Below are positions 25,704-38,932 of a stretch of DNA of 55,041 nucleotides, one piece after another. Both the position numbers and the translations under genes were made by a program. The notes under the pieces are model-generated. The model was not told where the DNA came from, did not search any database, and worked only from the letters and a program-made list of their open reading frames with translations. Each line of letters opens with the position of its first letter. Positions within the stretch are counted from its first letter, which is position 1. The stretch spans positions 1 through 55,041 of the forward strand of contig MQRK01182241.1 in the NCBI GenBank assembly GCA_001938485.1, in the 5' to 3' direction. Origin of the DNA: Girardia tigrina. Its lineage: Eukaryota.

Positions 25704-27501
25704 TCGGTTCCCATTGATTTAAGAGTTTAAATCTATGGGAAAAATTAACTTAAAACGTGTGTTGGTCATTCGTTTTTGTATATTATTTTCTTTTTTGTTT
25801 CAGTTTAATTAGAAATTTTACTCTGCTATTCTTTTAATAATTTGAAAAATATTTAATAAATTTTAGGGTTTTTTGATCAATATACTTATCATTTCAATCA
25901 ACCTAATAATCTTAATAATCTTTGCAAACAATATAATAAACATAATTCAAAACTAAGGAAATAAAATTTTTAATTTTGGATTATTTGATTCCTATGCATT
26001 AAAATTTAATATTATAAATATGTAATATTTAATTTATATTTTTCATTTTTAATGACTATCTCAATTACAATGCAATATTCTAATGAGGCTTGTACTAATG
26101 AAAATGATATCCAAAGAAACCAATTAGAACATAATCAAGAAAACACAGAAACGATTACAAATTCAGCCACGACAAGTCTAAAAAACGTGTAGCTTCAAGT
26201 AATGACAGATAAATAATTAAAGGGTTTCTAGAAAGACATTCGACTTCCGCAATCACATCGGTATATGATGTGCAATATCAAACAGTAAACAATATTTTAC
26301 GAAAATATTTAAAAACAGCAGTGATACTTCTTTTAACTCGTGGAGCAGATAGGCGTTCCAAATTGTCTTTATTAAGAACACCAACATGGCTTTTCAAACT
26401 TTTATTTTCATTACAATCAGAATTGTCTTTTGGACAACTCTCAGAAAAACTCTCGTCATTCGACATCGTTCTAAATTGATAATTTTTTGTTAATGTTTTT
26501 TAATAAACAATTATTCGAACAAATATTTCATTATTTTCTGATTTTATTTTTAAAGTTCATTTTTGTAGTTTTAGTATTAATTTTTATTTACATATTAATT
26601 TTATTTAAAAATTATTTTCTTAGTAAAGAAAGAACATTTAATTAATTCAAAACTTAGTTAAAACTATTTATTTTATTTAAATTTTAATATGAAGATTTGA
26701 AAAGATTTAATATTTTTAATGTTTTTAAATATCTTATGTTGTATTTTAAAATATAAATTATATAAATTATACTCGAATAATTATTTATCGTGAACATCTA
26801 AAATATCAATTTTCCATCTGGGTGGGAGAAACACATTTCCAAATACTAAACTCAACATACAAAATTCAACAAACCAATTTCAACATACCAAATTTAAAAT
26901 ATTCCTCACAGTCTTGAAATTAAAAACTGATTAGTCGCATTTGTAAATTAAGAGTGTAATTTAACACTGCAAAATTCGTCTTTATGGGTGCATGACACTT
27001 TTGGTTTTGAAATGCTACTTAGCACTATTGATAGATCCCTTAGACAATTTCATTATACTCTTAAACGATTGAAGTTGGTCCAGAACGTCAACATTGTTCA
27101 AATACTATTGATTTTCGCGAGGTCTTTTCAAATGAATATCGTTGCTTGAAAGCAATATTTTAATTAATTTTAAAAAAATCTTATTTTGAAATGAAATATT
27201 TTTTTAATTCTCAAAATTTAATAATTAAACAATTAATAAATTTTATTAAAAGAAAGTTGATTTTCATTCTAAAAAATATTTTAAAATTATCAAATATTAA
27301 TGAATAAAATAATTAATAAAATAAGAATAATAGTTAAAAAATTCAAAAAAAATTCTAGAATTACATTAAAATAATTTATCAAATATTTTTTAAATTATTA
27401 AAAAATAGCAGATTTATATGAAGATGTAAAAAAACGAATGTTCAACACGTTTAAAGTTAAAAGTTTCCATTAATCTATACTCTTAAACTGGTGGGGTTCG
27501 A
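25704..27501 (+). mobile_element. Old Tc1-like element with a nested PLE fragment
   Basis: Imperfect 23-bp TIRs (tcggttcccattgatttaagagt / tcgaaccccaccagtttaagagt) flanked by TA; HTH remnant YQTVNNILRKY...RGADRRSKLS at ~26200-26370. Confidence 0.55.
26350..26911 (-). mobile_element. PLE-derived 5' fragment (same family)
   Basis: Same terminus and box; ORF start MSNDESFSESCPKDNSDCNENK is closely similar to 47065 MSNYESFAESCPKDNSNC. Confidence 0.8.
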
Positions 27502-27573
27502 TAACCAAATACACTCTTATTTTTAAAATAAACCGTTTGTATTTATTTTAAATTTATAAATAAAATAATATTT

Positions 27574-28112
27574 GGTACTTACGTATTAACGGCACCGCAG
27601 CAAAAACTCTGCTAAAAGAGCCAATCTATACGTTATTTTTTTGCGGCAAATCATAGAATAGAAAACTTTATTTAAAGTCAAAACATTTTCAAAATTCAAA
27701 AAAAATTATTTATAAAAAGTAGTCAATAGGATTTCGGTGGAAAATTGGTCGATATAGAATTTAACATAGATTCAAAACAGCCTCTATTTTCTTTTGTCGA
27801 ATGCTATCGTCAAAAGAACTATGATAAATAAGATTCCAAATGATGTCTCGCAATCTCCCTATATCTCTTTTTCCCTCATTTGACACTACCCCACATTTTC
27901 TCAACTGTTTATGTATGAATTCTTGTATCAGGATCAACGAAATTGTATTTATGATAAACCTTAGCATGCTGAAGACTTCTATTACTATTCTTCTTGTTTG
28001 GTAACCTTTCCAACTGTCAGAATAAATTGTGCTACCATCTGCAATGTTTTCAATAACTTTATCAAGAATTTTAGCATAACTTTTGCTGTGGTGGCGTTAA
28101 TACGTAAATACC
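27574..28112 (-). mobile_element. Merlin (IS1016/IS1595-like) internally deleted transposon
   Basis: ~31-bp TIRs starting GGTA; 8-bp TSD taatattt/taattttt; motifs IADGSTIYSDSWKGY and HKYNFVDPDTRIHT*TVEKMW. Confidence 0.88.
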
Positions 28113-28158
28113 TAATTTTTTAATAATAAATTTTTTTTAACTTATCAAATGTTAGATA

Positions 28159-29432
28159 CAGGGTTTGTCAGCACATTTCAGAAAATTGTAATTCAACGTC
28201 AGAATTTGTAAATCCGTTTAAGAATTTTGACAATCAATTTAAGAATTTTGCATATCCGTTTAAGAATTTTGACAATCAATTTNNNNNNNNNNNNNNNNNN
28301 NNNNNNNNNNNNNNNNNNNNNNNNNNNNATTTTGCATATCCGTTTAAGAATTTTGACAATCAATTTAAGAATTTTGTAAGTCAATTTAGGAATTTGTTTA
28401 AATATACATTTAGTTTACAATTATAATTATTTAAATTTGTAAAGTAGAGTAAACTGTTTTTTTTATTTTTTACAACATATATATTTTCTTTAGATATGGC
28501 AGTTTGTAATAAGGAAAATGATTATTGACTCGTATATGACGAACCATTCAGTTATCGAAATTGCTTCAATTCTTAATTTGAAGTATAAAACAGTGTATTC
28601 GATTATTCAGGTCTATAAGAAAGAAAATAGGATCGAACAAAACTGAAAGGAGGACCAAGAAGAAAAGCTTTAACCGAAGATCATGTTGATGCCATTACAG
28701 CTGTACATAACGTGAAATGCCTTAGATCAAGGAATATTTCCGTATGTTGCGCAATGAATAAGGGTGGAATAGTAAAATATGTGACCCAAACATCGGCGTT
28801 CAACACAGCAACCTTTGCTAATTTCATCGATNNNNNTTTTACAGTATATCAAAGATGAACATATCTGTCGTTCTGTGGTCATTATGGATAATGTCCGATT
28901 TCACAAGCACCAATCCATAAAAGACAAATTTTTAGCAATGCATGTGGATGCAAATATACATTGATGTTTTTGCCACCGTATTCGCCATTCCTCAATCCGA
29001 TTGAAAATATGTTTTCGAAATGGAAAGGAATTATACGTGAATCACGACCAAAGTCTGAAGCAGAATTATTTGCCTATATAGATAAGTTTAGTGAATATAT
29101 AACGGCTGAAGATTGTTCTGGATATTTTAGGAATGTCTTTTCATTNNNNNNNNNNNNNNNNNNNNNNNNNNNNNNNNNNNNNNNNNNNNNNNNNNNNNNN
29201 NNNNNNNNNNNNNNNNNNNNNNNNNNNNNNNNNNNNNNNNNNNNNNNNNNNNNNNNNNNNNNNNNNNNNNNNNNNNNNNNNNNNNNNNNNNNNNNNNNNN
29301 NNNNNNNNNNNNNNNNACACAAAGTCATAAATGAATTGACGAATTTCTTAAATGGAAATACAAAATTCTTAAATTGATTTACAAAAATCTTAAATGTGAT
29401 GATGTCATTCTGAAATGTGCTGACAAACCCTG
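28159..29432 (+). mobile_element. Tc1/IS630-like transposon with a subterminal 42-bp tandem array
   Basis: Perfect 25-bp TIR cagggtttgtcagcacatttcagaa and TA TSDs; VIMDNVRFHK...FLPPYSPFLNPIENMFSKWK; internally deleted and frameshifted. Confidence 0.9.
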
Positions 29433-31361
29433 TAAAATAATAAATGGGTCAATTAGTGGTAATAATAAAATCTTGATACTAATAGCATCAACAAAAACTA
29501 ATATTCACGATTATCATTGTATGTCCCTTAAAGCCAATTATAAGCTATTGGAAGTTATTTGGAACATTAATAGGATATTTGAGATTTATTATCATATTTA
29601 TATTAGCTCACTTTCTACGTGTCACAAATTTGTTACACGATTTTTCACCCACTTTCCATGATAAGATTGAGCTGAAAATCCGTTGAAATCCAGATGACAA
29701 TGCATGAATCAATTAAAATGCTTATTATTTGATTGATTAATTAGTCATTAAAAAAACAAATTTAGAATTTCTTTCTCCTATTTGTAAAATAAATTAAAAT
29801 TTGTATATTTGTACAAAAATAAATTTATAAAAATTGCTGTTTAACATTTTTCTATAAATGTTTATTTTTTTAAAAAAATAATTTTTAACACATTCAGTAA
29901 TTTAATTATTGATCAATTAAAGACTATTTTTAGTATTTCTTAATGATTAAAACAAAATTCAATCTCTTCTAAATGTTGTAAATTGTTTTTAGAAAATTTT
30001 AATCCTGGGAATAGAAAGAACAAAAGTATTTCTAGTCTACTTGATGAAATAACATAAATTCGATGATGAAATTGATTGAATAACTCTAACGAATTTCAAA
30101 TAATTTATTTATTTTGTAAACAAATTCATTTGTAAAGAAAAACACAAAATTCATTGATTTTTAATGGAAAATTGTTTTTTTGTGTGTATATTTTCAATTA
30201 ATTTTTACTTTATTTTAACTAAACGTTTCTCCCTGGCTATATAGTACTCGTATACACAATTTCTCTTAGGCTTCAAAATTACCGAAATTTTAAAAAATCT
30301 GGCGATTTCTTGTTTAATGTGATTTTTTTAAATTTGAAATTCTAGAAAAAAGTATCATCATTCTAAATACTTTCGATTATTAATAGTCGAATTGATTTGT
30401 ATAGGAATTATTACGAAGAATATTTTCCAACTCATGATTTTTTCGTGCATAGATAATTTTTGTTTAATATTTAGTACTTCACTAAAATCCTCAACATGTT
30501 TCGTTCTTAATAAAACATCTAAAGGTTGTGCATCTATTTAAGTTACAAAATTATTTACAATAAAATAACTCAGAAATTAGCATAATTATCATTGATTATA
30601 AATGAAGCTATAAAGGAATATTTAATTTATCACATTATTTAATGAAATACAAAATGACAAATTTATTTAATTATTTATTATTAACTTTTCTTAAAACCAT
30701 TGAAATTTATGGTGATTTCTGTGTTGTTTTGTGTGAAGAATTTTGTTACTTAAATGGATTGACTACCGACGAATTTTCTATTAAGTGTGAGGTATATTTT
30801 AATTTTATTGAATTAATTTGTTTATTTTATTACAATATTTTTTATTATTTATGTTAAAAAGTTAAATATATGTCTCATTTTATAAGAAAGAAATTTTAAA
30901 GTCGTTTGAATAAATAAAATCGGAATAATTTTTTGATTACTCCTTGTCTTCTTAAAATTTCGATTTCGAAAACGTCTGAAATAACGACACAACCTTTACG
31001 TTAAAATATGGTATTAATTTAAAAAAAAAATTTAATTTTAAATATATTTATTATTTTTTTTGGCCGAGTAGTGTTTGAAAAAATAATTCTGACATTGTTT
31101 AAAAAACTCTGTCGCTCTTTGCTTTAGAAAAATATTCTTTACAAATAGTATAACTATGACGACTATTTCAATAACTCACTTAAATATTATAAAGTAATTT
31201 ACTAAAATACGTATAGTTTGATAAAAGTAAGCATCTCAAGTTATCGTAGAAAAAAACTTATGAAAGAACAATAATGATAAAAATAATGCATTTTATATCT
31301 TGTAGCTGTATAAATGATTATACATAATAAAAATTTTAAGTTCTATTTGATAGTATTAAAA

Positions 31362-31624
31362 GAGAAGTTGAGTGTGACTCTTGAATATTACTTTTTAGAT
31401 CAATTAATTGGATTAATGGAGCCTCACGCGTCACTCTTTCTATAATTTTAAATTGATTTAACACAATTTTAAAAATTATTTATTTTTTATTTTCACCATT
31501 TAAATTATATTCAACAATATTGTTTATAGTACAGCCAATTTGACAATAGTAATATTGCTGAACATTTAAAATTAAAATTCAATATTTCCAAAAATTAATA
31601 TTTAAGTCTCACACTCAACTTCTC
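31362..31624. mobile_element. Small MITE-like element
   Basis: Perfect 16-bp inverted termini gagaagttgagtgtga, extending imperfectly to ~28 bp; no clear TSD. Confidence 0.5.
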
Positions 31625-31664
31625 CGATAAATATAATAATTATTTTTTATTGTAAATATAATCT

Positions 31665-32252
31665 TAACTTAATGTCGGTGTTCAAGTGTTACTCGGACAG
31701 AAATTTACAGAGACGAAAAAATGACAGCCTTATTGGGTTAATTATTAATAAACATCGTGAATTATTAGTAAATCGTGCTTATTCAAGATTTTTATCATGA
31801 AATGCGCTTCTGTTTATTTAGAACACCAATATGGGTTTTCGAACATTTACTTTCATTACAATTTAAAATGTCCTTTTGGACAACTCTCAGCCAAGCTTTC
31901 AGAATTTGACTTCTTTCTCAATTGATAAATTTTTGTTAATAAACAATTATTCGAACAAATTTTCATTTTAAATCATTTCAGATTTTATTTTTAAAAATTC
32001 TACTTCTGTTAATAATTTTAAGTTCGGTAATAATTTTATCTAAAAATTAATTTAATTTTACAAATGATTTTATTTAAAGAAAAAGTTTTTTCATATATTA
32101 TGTTGAAGTTTATAATGCAAACTATGCTTGAATAACTATTCATCCTGAACATCCCAAATACCAACTTTCCATCTGGGTGGGAGAAACACATTTCCAAATA
32201 CTAAACTCAAGATACAAAATTCAATTTATCAAATTTAAAATATTCCTCACAC
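31665..32252 (-). mobile_element. PLE-derived 5' fragment (same family)
   Basis: gtgtgaggaatattttaaa, tctcccacccagatggaaa and an ORF-start remnant (ESLAESCPK). Confidence 0.75.
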
Positions 32253-32886
32253 TGTTTAAGTAAATATTTCAAGATTTATTCCTTTTAATCTTTGAAATTA
32301 TAAATTCAATCATAAATTAATTATATAAAATAAAAGGACATTGCCCCATAGTACAGAAGATAAATTTTTAGCTAAAAGTTATTTTTAATGAAAAATAACG
32401 ATCATCTTATTTTGAAAATGTAATCTTTGTGAATTTTTTATCGTGTTTTTGAGAGAAAATCTGTATTTAAAGGATGTTAAAGATAGAAACCCGTATGTTA
32501 AACTTGAATATTAAGTATTTTCAGTTTAACCATATTTAATTTATTAAAATTAGCTTGAAAATACCAAAATTTGTGAATCTAATCATTATTTTTTCCGATG
32601 AAAATCAAGTAGTTCTATCTTATACAATGACAAAATGAATGATTGATGGTTATTGCGTACGTATTCTTTACTACAAATAAAATACTGTTAAAAATAAAAT
32701 TAAAATAAATACATTCACATGTACAATCGAAAACAGTAAAATCTTGACAATGATAATAATTATATTTTTTTAAACTTATTTATATTTAAACTTATTTTGC
32801 TTTTTATTGTTCATTTTAATTTCCTTTTTATATATTTAAATTAGTTAAATTTATTGAATTTATTTGATATAAAACTTTTGCTGTAG

Positions 32887-33239
32887 AAAATGTGAACATC
32901 TCAAACAAAGCTAATTTGAGCAAAGGCGTAAAAAAGCGATTAAACAAAAAACTTAAAAATTTGTCTTCAAACTTAATTGATTCTAGTCTTGGAAATGAAA
33001 AAGTTTGCAATTTACCATCCATGGAATATGACGACAAAAATCCCTATGACACTCCAAGTGAAGATTTTAAACTGGAAGAAATTGGTAATGAAGTAGAAGT
33101 GATGTCTCATCTCAATTCTCAATATTCAGGAAATCTCGATGTTACCAAACTCCATAATTTAGAAAACGATACATTCGTTAGTTCATTTCCTGAATCTGAA
33201 ATCCAAATAAAATTGCAAAAATATGAATTGGAAAATAAA
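32887..33239 (+). CDS. Kinectin/RRBP1-like, exon 2
   Basis: tgtag|AA AAT GTG...ENK|gtatga; open frame; followed by a 43-bp intron. Confidence 0.8.
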
Positions 33240-33282
33240 GTATGAAATGATATTTAACTTTTTTTTCTAAATTTCAATTAAG

Positions 33283-33489
33283 GAAATGAAAAATGAAATA
33301 ATCACTCTTAAACAGAAGCTTAATGAATGTTCTTCAATGTCGTCTTCGATTATTAATTTGAAAAAGGAAAACGAGATGTATTTGAAAAAGCAAGTAGATT
33401 TGGATAGAACGTGTTCGGCACTTCAAAAAGAATTGACTAATAGCATTCAGAAGTTGAGTTCATCCGATAATCGACTACATAGACTGACA
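33283..33489 (+). CDS. Kinectin/RRBP1-like, exon 3
   Basis: aag|EMKNEIITLKQKL...LHRLT|gtaatg; coiled-coil; followed by a 53-bp intron. Confidence 0.8.
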
Positions 33490-33542
33490 GTAATGATTTT
33501 CTTCTTGTCGAACATTTAGATTCATTTTCTTTTAATTTCAAG

Positions 33543-33713
33543 ACTGAAAGGAATCAACAGTTATCGATTTTTGACAACGAAATCAACAAATTAAATGGCA
33601 AAATATCAATGTTAGAAGCTGATAATCGTGCAAAAACTACAGAAAATGAGAATTTAAAAATGAATTTAGAAAATCTAAGGCACATTGTCTCGGAAAAAGA
33701 TCAATTATTGCAG
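33543..33713 (+). CDS. Kinectin/RRBP1-like, exon 4
   Basis: aag|TERNQQLSIFDNEINKLNGKISMLEADNRAKTTENENLKMNLENLRHIVSEKDQLLQ|gttaac; phase 0. Confidence 0.8.
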
Positions 33714-34099
33714 GTTAACGATCCATAATTATCATTGATTACAAAGTAGCTTTATTTTAAATATTTTGGGAGGGTATTTGTTAAGTTTTTCGGAATGATT
33801 TAAACGAAAAATAGGGAATGTAGTTTCATAAAACCGGGGATTTCCAATGATATATTCTCGCGACAAATTTGTATCCTAGATAATAAGAATAAAAGGAACA
33901 AAGTAACCTTTATCTAAATTGCTGCTAGTGTGATTCAAGTTTTTTCGTTTTTCTACATTGTGACAGTTAATTTATATGAATATTCTATTTTGCCATTATT
34001 GATTTTTATATTATTTTTTATGGTATTGCATGACGTATCTCTTTCTATAGTGTTGGTTTATTCATTAAACGTTTTTTTTGTTTATTCTTATCAGATTAT

Positions 34100-35970
34100 G
34101 GATAGCGAAAAATACGGAAAACAATCCAAAATAGAAATAAACTGTTCAATAGAAACACCAATCAACCCTCAACCTACAATTATAAACAAACACAAAAAAA
34201 CAAATTTCAACAAATTAGAAAAATAAATCAAAAAAATACAGGAAAAGAACTAAAAACACCAAATATTATAAAAAAATAATAGCACGAAGACGCTCAGGTT
34301 TTACACCCCACAATGAAACAAAAAACATCATCACGACAAACGAAAGATCACAAAACAAATGAAAATACAAATCACAATTCACCAACAAAAATAAATATTA
34401 TAGAAAAAAATAAAACAACCACCCCCAACAAATACAAATCTCCTACAATATATACAACATCACACAAAATTTTAAAAAAAATTACATAAACCAAAAACAC
34501 AAAAAACCAAGTTACAAAATCGTAAACTAACAACCCACCCCCCACAACATTCTACCATACTTAAAACTTTAGAAACATATTTCAAATCAATCAAAAGCCA
34601 AATAAGCGAAACAAAAAATTCAAATAAAATAACCAACACATCAAATCTATACAGTCTAAAAAGAACCACATACACCAACTTTCACATTTCCTACTGAATA
34701 AAAACACAACAACTCAACTAATAAACCAAACTTCACTGAAGCTTCACACGCCAAAACAGCTGTATAAAATAACAAACCAGAAAATTCCCCCTTTACTATA
34801 ACCAAACAAAAAAACTACCACAGAAACAACCTCCAAAGACACTATAAACTTCAAAAAACGAAAATAACCACAATACAACTAACAAAAATGCAAAAAAATC
34901 CACTCTCACCAATACTTCTAAAATCAAACTTTCTTCTCCCCACAGATTTTAAAAACCCAATTATTTAAACGCATTAACAAACAGAAACAAAAACCAAAAA
35001 ACAACAGTAACTAACTTTTCAACACCCCAACACAAACAAACCCAAAACTCAAAAATGTTTTCTTCATATTTTATTTGACTACAAACCACAAAACATAACC
35101 ATCACACTTGTAATACGTAATATATTAACAAATAATACTCAAACAAACTAGCCCCAAACATAATAAAAATAAAACACTCTATTATAACTAATAACAAACA
35201 ACTTTAAAAAGACTCAATGTAAATATAAAACACCTAAAGCAAGAAAAAAATAAGACAAACCAACAAAATAAAACTTGATAACATAGTACTACTAATATTT
35301 TTTCAAACTAAAAAATAAAATATAGAAACTAAAACCACAAAACAAACAAATAACAATAAATAAAAACTATAAACATCCTCTCAAAAAAAATACAACCCCA
35401 AACCAAAAAAACAAAAATCTTTAACAAAGAAACAACAAATACTCAAAAAAAACTTAAACAAAGAAACTATTTGACGAAAAATAGCATAATCCACCATATA
35501 GCAACACATCACACCATAAAATACATACCCACAAACACAAAAAAACAAACAAACCTCTCACAACCCTATTTAACACCATAAGTACAATTGTTAACACAAT
35601 CCTACAAAAAAACAAACAAACTCATAGCAAACATCTTTAATACAAACGTGCCCTCTAATCCTAAGAGGCACCTAAGACTCAATCTTAGAGGAAACCCCAA
35701 AAAGAATACAATCCTTACAAAATACACAACTGAATACACAGAATCAAAACTGAAACCAAAACATCAACCTTCAACATAAATCATTTTCTTTAACATTAAA
35801 ATCCCCACTACACAAGCCACCATCACAAAAAAACAAAATTTAAAAAAAAACAAAGACACCAACCTATTTATAAAAACAAAAATCCTAAAAAACATAACAA
35901 ACAATAAAATCGCCATCAAACTAAGGAACACAACCATACCTACATAATTTCTAAAATCGGAAATAACCAC
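34100..35970. other. A/C-rich, G-depleted non-periodic low-complexity tract
   Basis: Strong strand asymmetry by eye; similar tracts at ~36230-36335, ~38280-38520 and ~38935-39690. Confidence 0.8.
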
Positions 35971-36184
35971 TATGATTTTAATTAATTTAAATTAAATTAA
36001 TTAATTAATTAATTTAAATTTTTATCTCGCCTGAATAATTTATTATTAAATAAAGTTTAAATAATTTTCGAAATAAATTTTCAGGATTTTAAAAATTAAA
36101 TCGAAAAAAATTTAATGTAGATTAATTTGGGTCGAGATAATTAAATTAAATTAACAGGAAAATTTGTTTTAAAGATGTGAATTG

Positions 36185-37384
36185 TTATATAAATAAATTT
36201 TGATGTTTAAAAAAATGAATTCTGATATAGAGGTTGCAACCACTTCTCACAACCACAAAAGACCTAGGTATCAAATCCAAATAAATCATAACCCTTAAAC
36301 AACCAACCCTAATTCCACCTACCAACACTCCTTTGGAGATCTCTTCAATCACGTCGGACTCATGGTGGAAGAGGCGACACAGGAACGAGATGTGATCCTC
36401 TGACCATACGTGAGGCATTCGCCGGGCGAGAATCGATTGATTGTCGAAGATTGCGAGAATCGCCGGCTCGTGGTCCGCGATGTCGATCTGGTGGATGAGC
36501 ACGTCGATTTGGCTGTGCTTGTGCAATGAGAACCGTGTTACGAGGATCGGGAGCGTGTGGCAGAGACCACCCGTGAGGTCGCTCAAGATCGGCGCATACG
36601 TAGTGCTCGCTTCGACGGCGGCGCTCAACTCGATGCCGTAGTGGGAGTCGAGACTCACGATGACCATGCGGTGCACAGACTTGTTGTCGTGAAAGACTTC
36701 GTGCAGGATCGACAGCACGCGCAGACATCGCGCGCGTGCGAACGGATCGTTCTCACCATCACGAGATTCGTGTTCGGATCAACTAACACGAGCACATCGA
36801 TCGACAAATCGATCTTGTTCGAGTGGCGCATAGAATCGACCGGGGTGAAAGTGACAATCGGAATCGTGTGNNNNNNNNNNNNNNNNNNNNNNNNNNNNNN
36901 NNNNNNNNNNNNNNNNNNNNATCACGAGATTCGTGTTCGGATCAACTAACACGAGCACATCGATCGACAAATCGATCTTGTTCGAGTGGCGCATAGAATC
37001 GACCGGGGTGAAAGTGACAATCGGAATCGTGTGGTTGTCAGACCGGCACCAGTCGCCGTAAGAGAACACGGCGTCCATGGCAACCGGGTCGCTGATTGTT
37101 GCCGATTGGCGGCCAATTTTCCCGATTAACTGATCGATCGTCCAATGGCAATTGATTCGATAACTGAAATAAATCGATTTCTTCATCGATTGTTCTTTGA
37201 TTCGAAATACGAGTTCGTTTGGGTGAACGAAAATGTGATTTTTGCCACTAGAATTTCGATTGTCGTTATCGTTATCGATTTNNNNNTCGTTATTGACGAG
37301 TTCGAATGAATGGAAACTCATTCGACCAGTTATTCTCAATGGAATGTCGGATCGATTGTGTGACTCGATAAACACCAAATTCAT
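36185..37384 (-). CDS. Nested intronless GC-rich gene of uncertain function (weak resemblance to the UfSP2 N-terminal / ODR-4-like domain)
   Basis: ORFs 36779..37384 and 36185..36718 join into ~344 aa after collapsing an identical 113-bp overlap across the N gap (36758-36870 = 36921-37033) and removing 2 nt in a (CG)n run at ~36729-36736. Codons are strongly biased to G/C in third position. Confidence 0.6.
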
Positions 37385-37410
37385 GGGGAAATTGTGATAA
37401 TATATTGAAA

Positions 37411-37855
37411 CTAGCGCGCTCGGCCCGCTTCGCGGCCCTCTCTTGCCGGGGGTTCAATGTTATTAGGTCACGCGACTTTTTTCTGAAAGCATTTTTATTG
37501 AAAATTTCAGTGTTTCGAGTATAAAAAATCGTATAACAAAAGTTTTTATTTCTGTTTAATGCAAAGTTTGAAAATCATATCTCGAGACANNNNNNNNNNN
37601 NNGAAATTACGGTTACAATATCTCAGTGTAAACTACATTGCGTGTAAAGTGACGATCATCGTTGAGCAATGGACCTTGCTGTGGATTGGGCTCGATAAAT
37701 AATTTGACGTTGGCTGAATTTCTTTATTAATGAATTATTTATTAATATACAATCATTTCTTTATTGATTATAAAATCATTTCAAAAATTTACCTTACAGC
37801 GTTAGTGAGGCAGTGAGGCAGGCAGTGAGTGACTTGGGCTTTTATAATATAAAAA
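37411..37855 (-). mobile_element. Non-autonomous Helitron
   Basis: 3' hairpin ggccgcgaagcgggcc is followed by CTAG|T. The 5' region tatattataaaagcccaagtcactcactgcctgcctcact resembles Helitron-N starts, but the terminal TC is not preserved. Confidence 0.7.
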
Positions 37856-38519
37856 TGGAAATTATCAAACGATTCAGTTGTCAGACGAAAAGAATAATTA
37901 ATTTTCAAAAAATGTATTTTCTAAATGTTCAATATTTAAACAATGTACAATATTTTAAACAATCTTTTCATTTTAAAAAAACCAAATTTACATGAAAATT
38001 TTTACTCAAAAAAAATCAGACCGTTCACTAGAATTACAAAAAAATTTAATCCATTGAAAGAAAACATCGAATTAATTAAGATAAAATTATTAAGTTCGAT
38101 ATGTTAAATCAAGAAGTTTTCTTATAAATGGGCTTTATAATCACTTGAAGAAAATAATATGCAATTTTGATTAAGAGTGTCTCAATTTCGAGGAAATTGT
38201 AATTATAAATAAGAAATATAGGATTTTATGTATATATATATATTTAATATTTATAAATACTGATAAAAATTTGTGTAACTACAACTCCAAATAAAAAATA
38301 TAAAATATGTTTACCTTCACCCTTATGCCTACAAGAAAATAGCCGACACCCCACAAAAAACCCATATTAATATCAATATTTAACTAAAACTTAAAGCATC
38401 ATCAAAGAATAAATCAAAACTCAACACAAAATTACAACTACATGTCAAAAAGACAAACCTACCACATTCAACAATCATAACAACATATCTAAATCTGAAA
38501 ACCCTAAATAAAAAAAATC

Positions 38520-38932
38520 TATTTATTAAGAACACTAATTGAGTATTCATTACATTTATTTGCATCACAGTTTGAATTGCCGCTAGAACATTCTCCATAA
38601 AACTTGCGTAGCTCGTCATCGTTCTTGATTGATAATTTTTAAATAATATTCTTTAATGTCTTATTATTCGAACAAATTTAAATTACAATTAAATTATTAC
38701 AAAAATAATTTATACTTTAAATTAAAAATAAATTTTATTTATTTTAAGAAAATTATTATTAAAATATTATTTATGAAATATTAATTTAATTTTAAAATTG
38801 GTTATTTAAATTTTAATAATTGATTAAATAATCCGACGTTTTAAAATATTTAAAATATCAATCTTCCATCTGGTTGGGAGAAGCACAATCCTAAAACATA
38901 CAATAAACACCATTCAAAAGTATTCCTCACAC
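38520..38932 (-). mobile_element. PLE-derived 5' fragment (same family)
   Basis: gtgtgaggaata, tctcccaaccagatggaagattgatatttt and caagaacgATG at 38619. Confidence 0.75.

Noticed and set aside
28199-28400. Repeat array as a CRISPR or a repetitive protein (ORF 28199..28384)
   Set aside because: No unique spacers, eukaryotic context and located inside Tc1 TIRs; it is a minisatellite.
36758-37033. Apparent 113-bp tandem duplication in the nested ORF
   Set aside because: Identical copies flank a round 50-N gap, which is typical of an unmerged contig overlap.
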